From: a virus
Lineage: Duplodnaviria; Caudoviricetes
Reading direction: 5' to 3' (one strand)
IMG/VR virus record: IMGVR_UViG_2923519811_000002
Location: 1 to 64,000 of that record
Length of the DNA: 64,000 bases
Positions 56,207 through 64,000 of the stretch are shown piece by piece. Each line of letters starts with the position of its first letter. Within the stretch, counting starts at the first letter, position 1. A program made the translations under genes and the position numbers. Below the pieces are notes generated by a model, which saw only the letters and a list, made by a program, of their open reading frames with translations, did no database searches and was not told the origin of the DNA.

Positions 56207-56256
56207 CCCCCATCCCATAGCAACCCGCCGGCCATGCCGGCGGGATGGAGGCATTC

Positions 56257-56493
56257 ATGTCCGAGGTATCCGAGTTCCTCACGGAGGACGAAATGCGCGC
56301 CATGATCGGCGCAACCTGGCCCAGCCGGCAGATCCAGTGGCTGGAGCGCCACCAGTGGAGGTTCGAAGTGAACGCCGCTGGCCGCCCCATTGTGGGGCGC
56401 GTCTACGCGCGCCTGCGCCTGGCCGGCGTGAAGCCGGACCAGAAGAACATCACGGCAGATCCGTGGGTGCTTGACATGTCAAACGTGAATTGA
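56257..56493 (+). CDS. Excisionase-like DUF4224 protein
   Basis: FLTEDE...G......Q..WL.....F.VNAAGRPIV; directly before int. Confidence 0.82.
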   Translation: MSEVSEFLTEDEMRAMIGATWPSRQIQWLERHQWRFEVNAAGRPIVGRVYARLRLAGVKPDQKNITADPWVLDMSNVN

Positions 56494-56494
56494 A

Positions 56495-57562
56495 ATGCGA
56501 CCGAAAGATCCGACGAACCGAGACCTGCCACCACGGATGGTGCGCAGGGTCCGAAAGCTGAAAAGCGGGAAAGTGTGGGTTGGCTACTACTACAACGGGA
56601 GGGACGAGAACGGCAGGCGGAAAGAGATCCCGCTGGGGAGTGATCTGGACGAGGCAAGGGTCGAATGGGCGCGGCTGTCGCGCCAGGCAGCGCCTAAGCC
56701 GAAGCACCTCATGGGGGCCATGTTCGACCGGTACGAGCGGGAAATCATCCCTACCAAGGCGCCCAGGACCCAGAGCGACAACCTGAAAGAGCTGGTGCGC
56801 CTACGCGCCGCTTTCGAGAATGCGCCGATCGACGCGATTACGCCGGCGATTGTCGCCCAGTACCGAGACGGCAGGACGGCCAAAACACGGGCCAACCGCG
56901 AGATCGCCCTGCTCTCCCATGTGTTCACGATTGCCCGGGAATGGGGGCTCACGGATCGTGAAAACCCCTGCTCCAGGGTGCGACGGAACAAGGAAAAGGT
57001 CCGCGACTACTATGCCACCGACCAGGTGTGGGACGCCGTCTACGCCCTCGCGGTGCAGGAGCTGCGCGACGCCATGGACCTCGCCTACTTGACCGGCCAG
57101 CGCCCGGCCGACTCCATCAAGCCAACGAAATTCGACATCACCGACGACTACATGCTGGTGGCCCAGGGGAAAACCGGGAAAAAACTGCGTATCAAGCTGC
57201 GGGACGGCGAGGAGTTGACGGGGCTGGGGCGCTTCTTGGAGGGGCTGATGGCCAGGCGCGAGCAGGCCGGCATCCGTAACAGCACGCTGATCACCAACCC
57301 TGCAGGTCTGCGCTTGAGCTACGCGATGTTGCGGAATCGCTGGGACGAGGCGCGGGCGAAGGCTGCCAAGGCCGCCGAGGAAAAGGGAGACCGGGCGCTT
57401 GCAGCTCGGATCCGGGAATTCCAGTTCCGAGACATCCGGCCGAAGGCGGCAACGGAAATTGAGGACATCGGCGAGGCCAGCAAGCTGCTGGGCCACTCGA
57501 AAGAGGAGACGACAAAGCGCGTATATCGCCGCGTTGGTGAGGTGGTGAAGCCCACCAAGTGA
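56495..57562 (+). CDS. int: Tyrosine integrase
   Basis: LTGQR, QGKTG, FRDIRPKA, LLGH, RVY catalytic residues. Confidence 0.95.
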   Translation: MRPKDPTNRDLPPRMVRRVRKLKSGKVWVGYYYNGRDENGRRKEIPLGSDLDEARVEWARLSRQAAPKPKHLMGAMFDRYEREIIPTKAPRTQSDNLKELVRLRAAFENAPIDAITPAIVAQYRDGRTAKTRANREIALLSHVFTIAREWGLTDRENPCSRVRRNKEKVRDYYATDQVWDAVYALAVQELRDAMDLAYLTGQRPADSIKPTKFDITDDYMLVAQGKTGKKLRIKLRDGEELTGLGRFLEGLMARREQAGIRNSTLITNPAGLRLSYAMLRNRWDEARAKAAKAAEEKGDRALAARIREFQFRDIRPKAATEIEDIGEASKLLGHSKEETTKRVYRRVGEVVKPTK

Positions 57563-57568
57563 CGCTTG

Positions 57569-57600
57569 GTTGCGGAAATGATCCGTTGTAGTTGCGGAAA
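57569..57600 (+). repeat. Putative integrase arm-type sites
   Basis: GTTGCGGAAA direct repeat at 57569 and 57591 between int and the tRNA. Confidence 0.55.
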
Positions 57601-57622
57601 CTATTACGCGCGCCCGGAAATG

Positions 57623-57656
57623 AAAAAGCCCCGTAGACGTGAATCTACGGGGCTTC
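57623..57656 (-). terminator. Terminator after tRNA-Cys
   Basis: AAGCCCCGTAGA/TCTACGGGGCTT stem with a T run on the minus strand. Confidence 0.8.
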
Positions 57657-57661
57657 TCATA

Positions 57662-57735
57662 TGGAGGCCGAAGTCGGAATCGAACCGGCGTACACGGATT
57701 TGCAATCCGCTGCATGACCACTCTGCCATCCGGCC
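57662..57735 (-). tRNA. tRNA-Cys(GCA), presumed attachment site
   Basis: 74-nt cloverleaf, anticodon loop TTGCAAA, TTCGA T-loop, CCA end. Confidence 0.95.
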
Positions 57736-57778
57736 TTAAATGAAGACGCCGCTTTGAGGCGGCGTCTTCATGACAATC

Positions 57779-57854
<76 letters not shown>

Positions 57855-57922
57855 TTTGTCTTGGTGACGGGCGCCATTCTATAGGATCATTAGCAGCCGT
57901 CAACCCCTTGATTCAAAAAAGT

Positions 57923-58483
57923 TTATTTATCTTTCGGCTCGGTGCTCAGGTGCGGCCAGGCGGCCAACAGGTAATGCAGCATCGACCACAGCGTCAGCGC
58001 GGCGGCGATGATCAACAGCAGGAAGCCGAGCACCACCCAGAAGCTCACCACCGGCGGATTGGCCAGCAGGATGACCAGCGCCAGCATCTGCGCCGCCGTC
58101 TTCCACTTGCCGAGATTGGAGACTGCGACCTGGGCACGCGCGCCCAGCTCCGCCATCCATTCCCGCAGTGCCGAGACCACGATCTCGCGACCGATAATGA
58201 TGGCCGCCGGCAAGGTCAGCCACAGCGTATGGTGCTCCTCGACCAGCAGCACCAGCGCCACCGCCACCATCAGCTTGTCCGCCACCGGGTCGAGGAAGGC
58301 CCCGAACGGGGTGCTCTGCTCCCAGCGACGCGCCAGGTAGCCATCGAACCAGTCGGTGACCGCCGCGATGGCGAACACCGCGCTTGCGGCCATGTGGCTC
58401 CCCGAAAACGGAAGATAGAACAGCAGGATGAAGACGGGGATCAGCAGAACACGCAGAACGGTGAGCAGGTTTGGAATATTCAT
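57923..58483 (-). CDS. pgsA: CDP-diacylglycerol--glycerol-3-phosphate 3-phosphatidyltransferase
   Basis: MNIPNLLT...DWFDGYLAR...[11 protein letters not shown]. Confidence 0.97.
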   Translation of the reverse strand: MNIPNLLTVLRVLLIPVFILLFYLPFSGSHMAASAVFAIAAVTDWFDGYLARRWEQSTPFGAFLDPVADKLMVAVALVLLVEEHHTLWLTLPAAIIIGREIVVSALREWMAELGARAQVAVSNLGKWKTAAQMLALVILLANPPVVSFWVVLGFLLLIIAAALTLWSMLHYLLAAWPHLSTEPKDK

Positions 58484-58515
58484 CGTCACAGCAAGACCGA
58501 AAAAGAGGGGGCATT

Positions 58516-60339
58516 CTACTCGCTGTGCAGGGCCGCATAAATCGACTCGGCGAGCTTTTTGCTGATGCCAGGTGCCTTGGCGATCTCCTCGATACTGGCG
58601 CGACTCAATTCCTGCAACCCACCGAAATGCTTGAGCAGCTCGCGCCGACGCTTCGGCCCTACTCCCGCCACCTCTTCCAGGCTGGAGGTCCGACGGGCCT
58701 TGCCGCGTCGTGCACGGTGGCCGGTGATGGCAAAGCGGTGTGCCTCGTCGCGAATCTGCTGGATCAGGTGCAGCGCAGGCGCGTCGGCCGGCAGGGTGAA
58801 CTCGTTCTCCGGGCCATTGAGGTAAAGCGTCTCGAAGCCCGGCTTGCGGGTCACGCCCTTGGCCACGCCGAGCAGGATGAGTTCCGGCACTGCCAGCTCC
58901 TGCAGCACCTCCCGCGCCATGGCCAGCTGGCCTTTACCGCCGTCCACCAGCAGCACGTCCGGCAGCTTGCCCTCTCCATCCTTCAACTTGCTGAAGCGTC
59001 GGGTCAGCGCCTGGTGCATCGCCGCATAGTCGTCGCCGGCGGTCACGCCCTCGATGTTGTAGCGGCGGTAGTCGGACTTGAGCGCCCCTTCCGGGCCAAA
59101 CACCACGCAGGACGCCACGGTCGCCTCACCGCTGGAATGGCTGATGTCGTAGCACTCCAGCCGCTGCGGCGGCTCGGCCAGGCCGAGCACCTCGCCGAGC
59201 GCTTCGAACTTGTCCGCCATGTGCTGGCGGTTGGCCAAGCGCGCAGCAAGGGCCTGCTCGGCGTTGGTGACCGCCAGTTGCTGCCAGCGAGCGCGGTTGG
59301 TCCGCACCCGGTGGCTGATGCTGAGTTCACGCCCACGCGACTCGGCGATGGCTTCGATCAGCGTCGGGAAATCCTCGTGGACGGTATTGACGATCAGCTC
59401 CTGCGGCAGATCGCGCTCATGGCTGCCCAGGTAGTACTGCGCAATGAAGGCCACCAGCACGTCGCCCACCTCTTCCTCGATCGCCACCTGGGGGAAGAAG
59501 TTCTTGCTGCCCAGCACGCGCCCACCCCGGACGCTGATGAGGTGCACACAGGCGCCGCCCGGGTTGACGATGGCGGCAACCACATCGACGTCGCCAGTGC
59601 CCCCCTCGATGCTCTGCTGGTCCTGCACGCGCCGCAGCATCGACACCTGGTCGCGCAACTCGGCAGCCCGCTCGAACTCCAGGTTCATCGCCGCCTGCTC
59701 CATGCTGTTGGTCAGCTCGGCTGCCAGGGCATTGCTCCGCCCTTCCAGGAACATCACGGAGTGGCGCACGTCCTCGGCGTACTCGTTCGCCTCCACCAGG
59801 CCGACACACGGTCCTTTGCAGCGCTTGATCTGGTATTGCAGGCATGGCCGGGTGCGGTTGCGGAAGTAGCTGTCCTCGCACTGGCGCACGAGAAACGCCT
59901 TCTGCAGCAGGTTCAGGCTTTCACGGATGGCCCCCGCACTGGGGTAAGGCCCGAAGTAGCGCCCCTTCTGCTTCTTCGCCCCGCGATGGATGCTCAGCCG
60001 CGGGAACTCGCCATCGGAGAGGTGCACATAGGGATAGGACTTATCGTCCCGCAGCAGGATGTTGTAAGGCGGCCGCCATTCCTTGATGAGCGTCTGCTCA
60101 AGCAGCAGCGCTTCCGTCTCGTTGGCGGTGATGGTGGTCTCGACCTGCGCGATGCGGGCCACCAGGGCAGCCGTCTTGGGCGCCAGACCGGTCTTGCGGA
60201 AGTAGCTGGCGAGGCGCTTCTTGAGGTTCTTGGCCTTGCCGACATAAAGCAGCTTGCCGCCCTCGTCGAACATCCGGTAAACGCCCGGACGCCCACTGCA
60301 GGCGGCAAGAAAATCACTTGCATCGAATGTGGGTTGCAT
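58516..60339 (-). CDS. uvrC: Excinuclease ABC subunit C
   Basis: GVY...[14 protein letters not shown] domain, ECYDISH, C-terminal HhH. Confidence 0.98.
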   Translation of the reverse strand: MQPTFDASDFLAACSGRPGVYRMFDEGGKLLYVGKAKNLKKRLASYFRKTGLAPKTAALVARIAQVETTITANETEALLLEQTLIKEWRPPYNILLRDDKSYPYVHLSDGEFPRLSIHRGAKKQKGRYFGPYPSAGAIRESLNLLQKAFLVRQCEDSYFRNRTRPCLQYQIKRCKGPCVGLVEANEYAEDVRHSVMFLEGRSNALAAELTNSMEQAAMNLEFERAAELRDQVSMLRRVQDQQSIEGGTGDVDVVAAIVNPGGACVHLISVRGGRVLGSKNFFPQVAIEEEVGDVLVAFIAQYYLGSHERDLPQELIVNTVHEDFPTLIEAIAESRGRELSISHRVRTNRARWQQLAVTNAEQALAARLANRQHMADKFEALGEVLGLAEPPQRLECYDISHSSGEATVASCVVFGPEGALKSDYRRYNIEGVTAGDDYAAMHQALTRRFSKLKDGEGKLPDVLLVDGGKGQLAMAREVLQELAVPELILLGVAKGVTRKPGFETLYLNGPENEFTLPADAPALHLIQQIRDEAHRFAITGHRARRGKARRTSSLEEVAGVGPKRRRELLKHFGGLQELSRASIEEIAKAPGISKKLAESIYAALHSE

Positions 60340-60983
60340 CAGCTGACGGCGTCCACCATGCCGTGGCGAACCGCCAGCAGAGCCAGCTCGACATCGCTGG
60401 AGATGGAGAGCTTGTCGAAGATCCGGTAGCGGTAGGTGTTCACCGTCTTCGGCGACAGGCACAGCTTGTCGGAAATGGTCTGGACCTTCTGGCAGTTGGC
60501 GATCATCAACGCGATCTGGATTTCCCGCTCCGACAACAGGTCGAACGGCGAACCACTCGTCTGCGGCTGGAAGGACTTCAGCGCCAACTGCTGGGCAATC
60601 TGCGGGCAGATGTAGCGCTGCCCGGCGAAGACCTGGCGAATCGCCTGGACCATCTCTTCAAGCGCAGCGCCCTTGGTGAGGTAGCCCGCCGCACCGGCCT
60701 GCAGCAGCCGGGTCGGAAACGGATCCTCTTCGCACACCGTCACCGCCACCACCTTCAGATCGGGGTAGCTGCGCAGCAGCTTGCGGGTCGCTTCGAGACC
60801 GCCGATGCCGGGCATCTTCACATCCATCAGCACCACGTCGGGCTTGAGCTCGCGCGCCTTCTTCAGCGCTTCCTCGCCGCTCTCGGCCTGCCCCACCACC
60901 TGCAGCCCATCGATGTCCGAGAGCATGCGGCTGATGCCTGTTCTAACCAGATCGTGGTCATCGACCACCAGTACCCTAATCAA
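60339..60983 (-). CDS. gacA: Response regulator GacA (UvrY)
   Basis: REC plus Lux[16 protein letters not shown]; coupled to uvrC; TTG start. Confidence 0.97.
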   Translation of the reverse strand: MIRVLVVDDHDLVRTGISRMLSDIDGLQVVGQAESGEEALKKARELKPDVVLMDVKMPGIGGLEATRKLLRSYPDLKVVAVTVCEEDPFPTRLLQAGAAGYLTKGAALEEMVQAIRQVFAGQRYICPQIAQQLALKSFQPQTSGSPFDLLSEREIQIALMIANCQKVQTISDKLCLSPKTVNTYRYRIFDKLSISSDVELALLAVRHGMVDAVS

Positions 60984-61589
60984 GCGACACCTCGCAGTGC
61001 ACCGCCCGCCAAACTGGGGAGCGTCACATGGAAAGGCCGATACATTAGCAAGTCGGAGCGCTCAGACCTAGCGCGACCGCCACCGTCAAATCACAAGCGC
61101 CAGGAAAACATAAGCAGCAAGGACTGACAATCGAGTCCGCCTATCACCACCGGAGGAGTCCGCCGCAGCGGGCGCCCTCACCAAAGGGAAAATCGCCTCC
61201 GGAACTTCAGCGTAGGACGCCCTGACAGGGCGAGTCAGGCGCCTTGACGACCGGCTACGGGCAGACCGGAAACTGCCGAAGCGCCAGGTACAGAAATCGC
61301 CTATCGCGATGCCATCGCGCTTTAGGAAATAAAGAGACCGACGCACCCCCCCAAAAATCACGGCCGTCAAAAAGCAGTGCAAATCCATTGGAAGCGCAGC
61401 CACAAAAGAGCCAGCGGTGCCCAGCCGGCAAGCGTCAGCGCCGCACGGTACTGGTGGAGCCGCAGCCTGGAGAACGCCACCGAAAAGCCAGGACGCAGTA
61501 ACTGAAAGGGCTGGAAGCACATCGAGAGCTACGTCATCGACGCCTGAAAAGAAAACCCGCAATGCCCCGATGGGCCCGAGCACTGTCGA

Positions 61590-61618
61590 TTGACACCCTC
61601 TTCCCCACGCCCTAACGT
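61590..61618 (+). promoter_or_regulatory. Sigma70 promoter
   Basis: TTGACA-17 bp-TAACGT. Confidence 0.7.
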
Positions 61619-61642
61619 TGCCGCGCTGCCCAACCTGGGCAG

Positions 61643-61810
61643 TCGGGATTGGCGTCCCGAACGAGGACAGGTGCATGAACGTTGTTCAGGCACCTTGCAT
61701 GGTTGCACCCGCGTTATGGGGCGTGCCGTGCAGGGCATCTTCGGATGCACCGTTCGTTCTCGACGGTTACGCCAACCTGCATGGCCCGCTCCACCCTGAT
61801 TGGCGTCAGG
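61643..61810 (+). ncRNA. c4 antisense-like RNA with flanking target hairpins
   Basis: ACGCCAA (61769-61775) complementary to TTGGCGT in hairpin loops at 61643-61660 and 61795-61810; GCATC-TTCG-GATGC hairpin; TTATGG at the start of the core. Confidence 0.7.
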
Positions 61811-61840
61811 AGGCGGTCAGTCGACCCATCGAGAACAACC

Positions 61841-62089
61841 ATGACCTCTGCAAACCTCAGTTCGCTCTACAAAAACGATCTCCATCACCTGACCCTCTAC
61901 GAAGCGGCCTACGTGCGCCAACGCGCGTTGCTCGGCATGCTCGGCTTCCTGTCCAACATTCCCGACCACGGCACGCCATCCCCCGAACTGCTGGGCGGCG
62001 CATTCGCCTGCCTGGAGTACCTCGCCGAAGATGCCGCCCGGCTCTACGAGGCCGCTCAGGACGAAGCGAAAAATCACCCGACAGGCTGA
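61841..62089 (+). CDS. Small helical hypothetical protein downstream of the c4-like RNA
   Basis: GAGAA RBS-like sequence, 82 aa. Confidence 0.5.
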   Translation: MTSANLSSLYKNDLHHLTLYEAAYVRQRALLGMLGFLSNIPDHGTPSPELLGGAFACLEYLAEDAARLYEAAQDEAKNHPTG

Positions 62090-62600
62090 CCAAGTCAGCC
62101 TCATCTGGCACCCGCGCCGACGGCGACCAGCACCGCGACCTGGTGGCCGACGGCGGCGACAACCTCAAAGACCGAAGCACTGCGCCGCCCGCAACGAGTG
62201 GAACCGCCTGCATCGCGGCAGCGCCAGCCTCAGCTACAGACTGGCCAAGGACTGGCCAGACCCATCCCAGAACTCACCTACACCCTGCAGGACGTGAAAG
62301 ACGCGATCGACACCATCGCCTGGCACGGCGGCAACATGCAGCACAGCCTCACCGCCAGTGGCGGCTACATCACTAGCCTGGAGCCGGAGAGCAAACTGCC
62401 CCGAAGACCTGGGGGACGCGCTGTACGAGGAAATGCCCGGCGACTACACCGGCGTGATCGCCTACTGCCAGGGCAAGAGACGGGGAAGGAGGAAAGCCTT
62501 TCCGCTGACGACCCGAGCAAGCCCAAACGCCTGCGGCATCTATATGCGAGCCAGGCGAATACGGAGCGGGCGATGGATAGAGAATATAGACATATTCACA
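62090..62600 (+). pseudogene. Frameshifted remnant of P2-like late control/tail gene D
   Basis: Fragments in different frames: EWNRLHRGSASLSY, IPELTYTLQ...SLE.ESKLP, YTGVIAY, KPKRLRHLYAS. Confidence 0.65.
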
Positions 62601-62646
62601 TCAAGAAAGGATGATTAGTCAGTCCATTAAGTGAATAGGACTCAAA

Positions 62647-64000
62647 ATGAATTTAGACAAAGAAATCAATTCCCCCGGACTCTTTTGGACCCCTGGAAAC
62701 GAAGACGCAAAAATCCCTGGAATACTAAAAATATCGGACGGCGGCGAAATAACAGTAGAAACAACCTCTGACAAGGATATTTCCTCAAGCGACTTGCATG
62801 TCGATAGAATCCTTGGCCACATTGAGACACTTGGATACGTAACACTTGACGACTGTTTTTACTGGGTAAAAAACTCAATCTTTGGCCTTAACCAACTATC
62901 TACCTCAAAAATAAAAGCAAGCCGCGCGTACATAGGCGCAATCTCGGATGACGACAGCCCTTTACTTTTCACAAAATTCATATTTGACATTGAGCTACTT
63001 AATGACTGGCTGAGATTAACAGGCATAAAAGTAGACATAGACTATGCAAGAGGCACCGGCACAGTAACCTACGAACCACAACCCCCTATACATATAGAGC
63101 TTGATGAAATAAAAATTTCAATCAAATTCCGCCACAGCATTCCGAGCCCCAATCAGCTAACTGAAGCCAAGATAACTCACAGCGCATATTTTGAAATCTC
63201 AACAGCCCACCCAAAAAATATTGACTTCTTCGTATCTCAAGCAAGAAAGACAGCTTCATTTTTCTGCATTGCCACAGACCAAGTTGTGGGAATAAAGAAT
63301 GTAGAAGCAATTATTCCAGCAACCGAAACAACAAATGGGCGAGACATAAAAGTAGGCGTGTTCTACCGAAGCCTTCCATTCTCAACAACTCGCCCAACCC
63401 TGAGATCAAGACATGACTTCCCATTTACCTTTCCACAAATCTCAAGCCATTTTCAAGAAATAATAAAGTGCTGGATGAATAACTTTGACTCACTATACCC
63501 TTCCATCAATACATACATATCTACAAAAGATGGCACACACAAATATCTCGAAAACAAATTCCTATCACTAGCGCAAGCTCTAGAGACTTTTAGCAGAAGC
63601 ACAAATACGGAAACCCAGTTTGAGGAAGAAGAATTTTCCAAATTATGTGAAACCCTTATCAGGGCCTGCCCTGAAGGGCATAAAGAATGGCTAGCAAGGC
63701 GCTTAACCCACGCAAATGAACCAAACCTAAGCAAGAGACTAAAAACTCTCTTTCAGCCATTTAATGAACAGATATCCATTGAAACAAGAAAAGTAAAATC
63801 CACCATAAGAAAAATCGTTGACTCAAGAAACTATCTGACCCACCTAGACAATGCCTCTAAAGACAAATGCGCCTCCCCTAAAGAAATGGTCGAACTGACC
63901 CATATAATGGACGCAGTATTCATCCTGACATTATTAAGACATACAGGAATACACGAGGAAGTAATTGAATACATAATACAGAGCCCAAATATCAAGCGCA
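62647..64000 (+). CDS. ApeA-like HEPN protein (putative anti-phage), 3'-truncated by the window end; not in ORF track
   Basis: Frame read by hand is open to the window end; N-terminal GLFWTP...GIL; FLSLAQALE and RNYLTH (RxxxxH) near 63826; AT-rich. Confidence 0.82.
   Translation, partial: MNLDKEINSPGLFWTPGNEDAKIPGILKISDGGEITVETTSDKDISSSDLHVDRILGHIETLGYVTLDDCFYWVKNSIFGLNQLSTSKIKASRAYIGAISDDDSPLLFTKFIFDIELLNDWLRLTGIKVDIDYARGTGTVTYEPQPPIHIELDEIKISIKFRHSIPSPNQLTEAKITHSAYFEISTAHPKNIDFFVSQARKTASFFCIATDQVVGIKNVEAIIPATETTNGRDIKVGVFYRSLPFSTTRPTLRSRHDFPFTFPQISSHFQEIIKCWMNNFDSLYPSINTYISTKDGTHKYLENKFLSLAQALETFSRSTNTETQFEEEEFSKLCETLIRACPEGHKEWLARRLTHANEPNLSKRLKTLFQPFNEQISIETRKVKSTIRKIVDSRNYLTHLDNASKDKCASPKEMVELTHIMDAVFILTLLRHTGIHEEVIEYIIQSPNIKR

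Larger units (their letters stand above)
1..57661. mobile_element. Temperate podovirus-like prophage integrated at tRNA-Cys; left end probably outside the window
   Basis: Continuous int/xis, early, cI/cro, replication, lysis, terminase, portal, capsid and ejection genes; int ends 100 bp from the tRNA-Cys 3' end; no tape measure or sheath gene seen; no duplicate tRNA 3' end found in 1-1340. Confidence 0.93.

Noticed and set aside
57662-57735. C-A mismatch in the tRNA-Cys T-stem as integration damage
   Set aside because: The rest of the cloverleaf and the CCA end are intact; I recall similar T-arms in Pseudomonas tRNA-Cys, and damage cannot be shown without the other att site
57740-57771. 13-bp inverted repeat between the tRNAs as a mobile element
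   Set aside because: Single copy in the window; consistent with an ordinary tRNA spacer hairpin

Overview
Pseudomonas chromosomal window (host genus inferred from the gacA-uvrC-pgsA-tRNA-Gly-tRNA-Cys locus). About 57.6 kb (from 1 or earlier to about 57660) is a temperate, podovirus-like prophage whose integrase abuts the 3' end of tRNA-Cys; the second att site is not in the window. Left to right: AT-rich accessory genes (cold-shock protein; a signal-peptide ClpP-like protein; KilA-N), a minus-strand late region (1954-aa LPD38 polyvalent protein, ejection/tail genes, N4-gp56-type capsid, scaffold, portal, TerL, tail-collar module, TerS, SAR-endolysin lysis cassette), NinG and replication genes with iterons, a cro/cI switch with 17-bp operators, and a plus-strand early operon (csrA/rsmA homologue, Rad52-like annealase, exonuclease, ssb, rdgC, yejK, two methyltransferases, xis, int). 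Beyond gacA are a c4-antisense-like RNA, a frameshifted P2 gpD remnant and an ApeA-like HEPN gene cut off by the window end. Most notable: (1) the gene at 1341-2507 ends in two tandem gap-free copies (about 45-48% identity, hand-counted) of a 60-aa domain of this phage's own capsid scaffold, with a possible internal start exactly at the first copy; (2) seven same-strand copies of a bipartite motif TTGC-N8-GCCAGTGACATAGCGT precede late gene blocks in a phage with no recognisable Q gene; (3) three tandem pseudoknot-like units lie in the capsid leader; (4) a kissing-loop RNA candidate lies just upstream of the phage csrA. All family assignments come from motif recognition by eye; no database searches were run.
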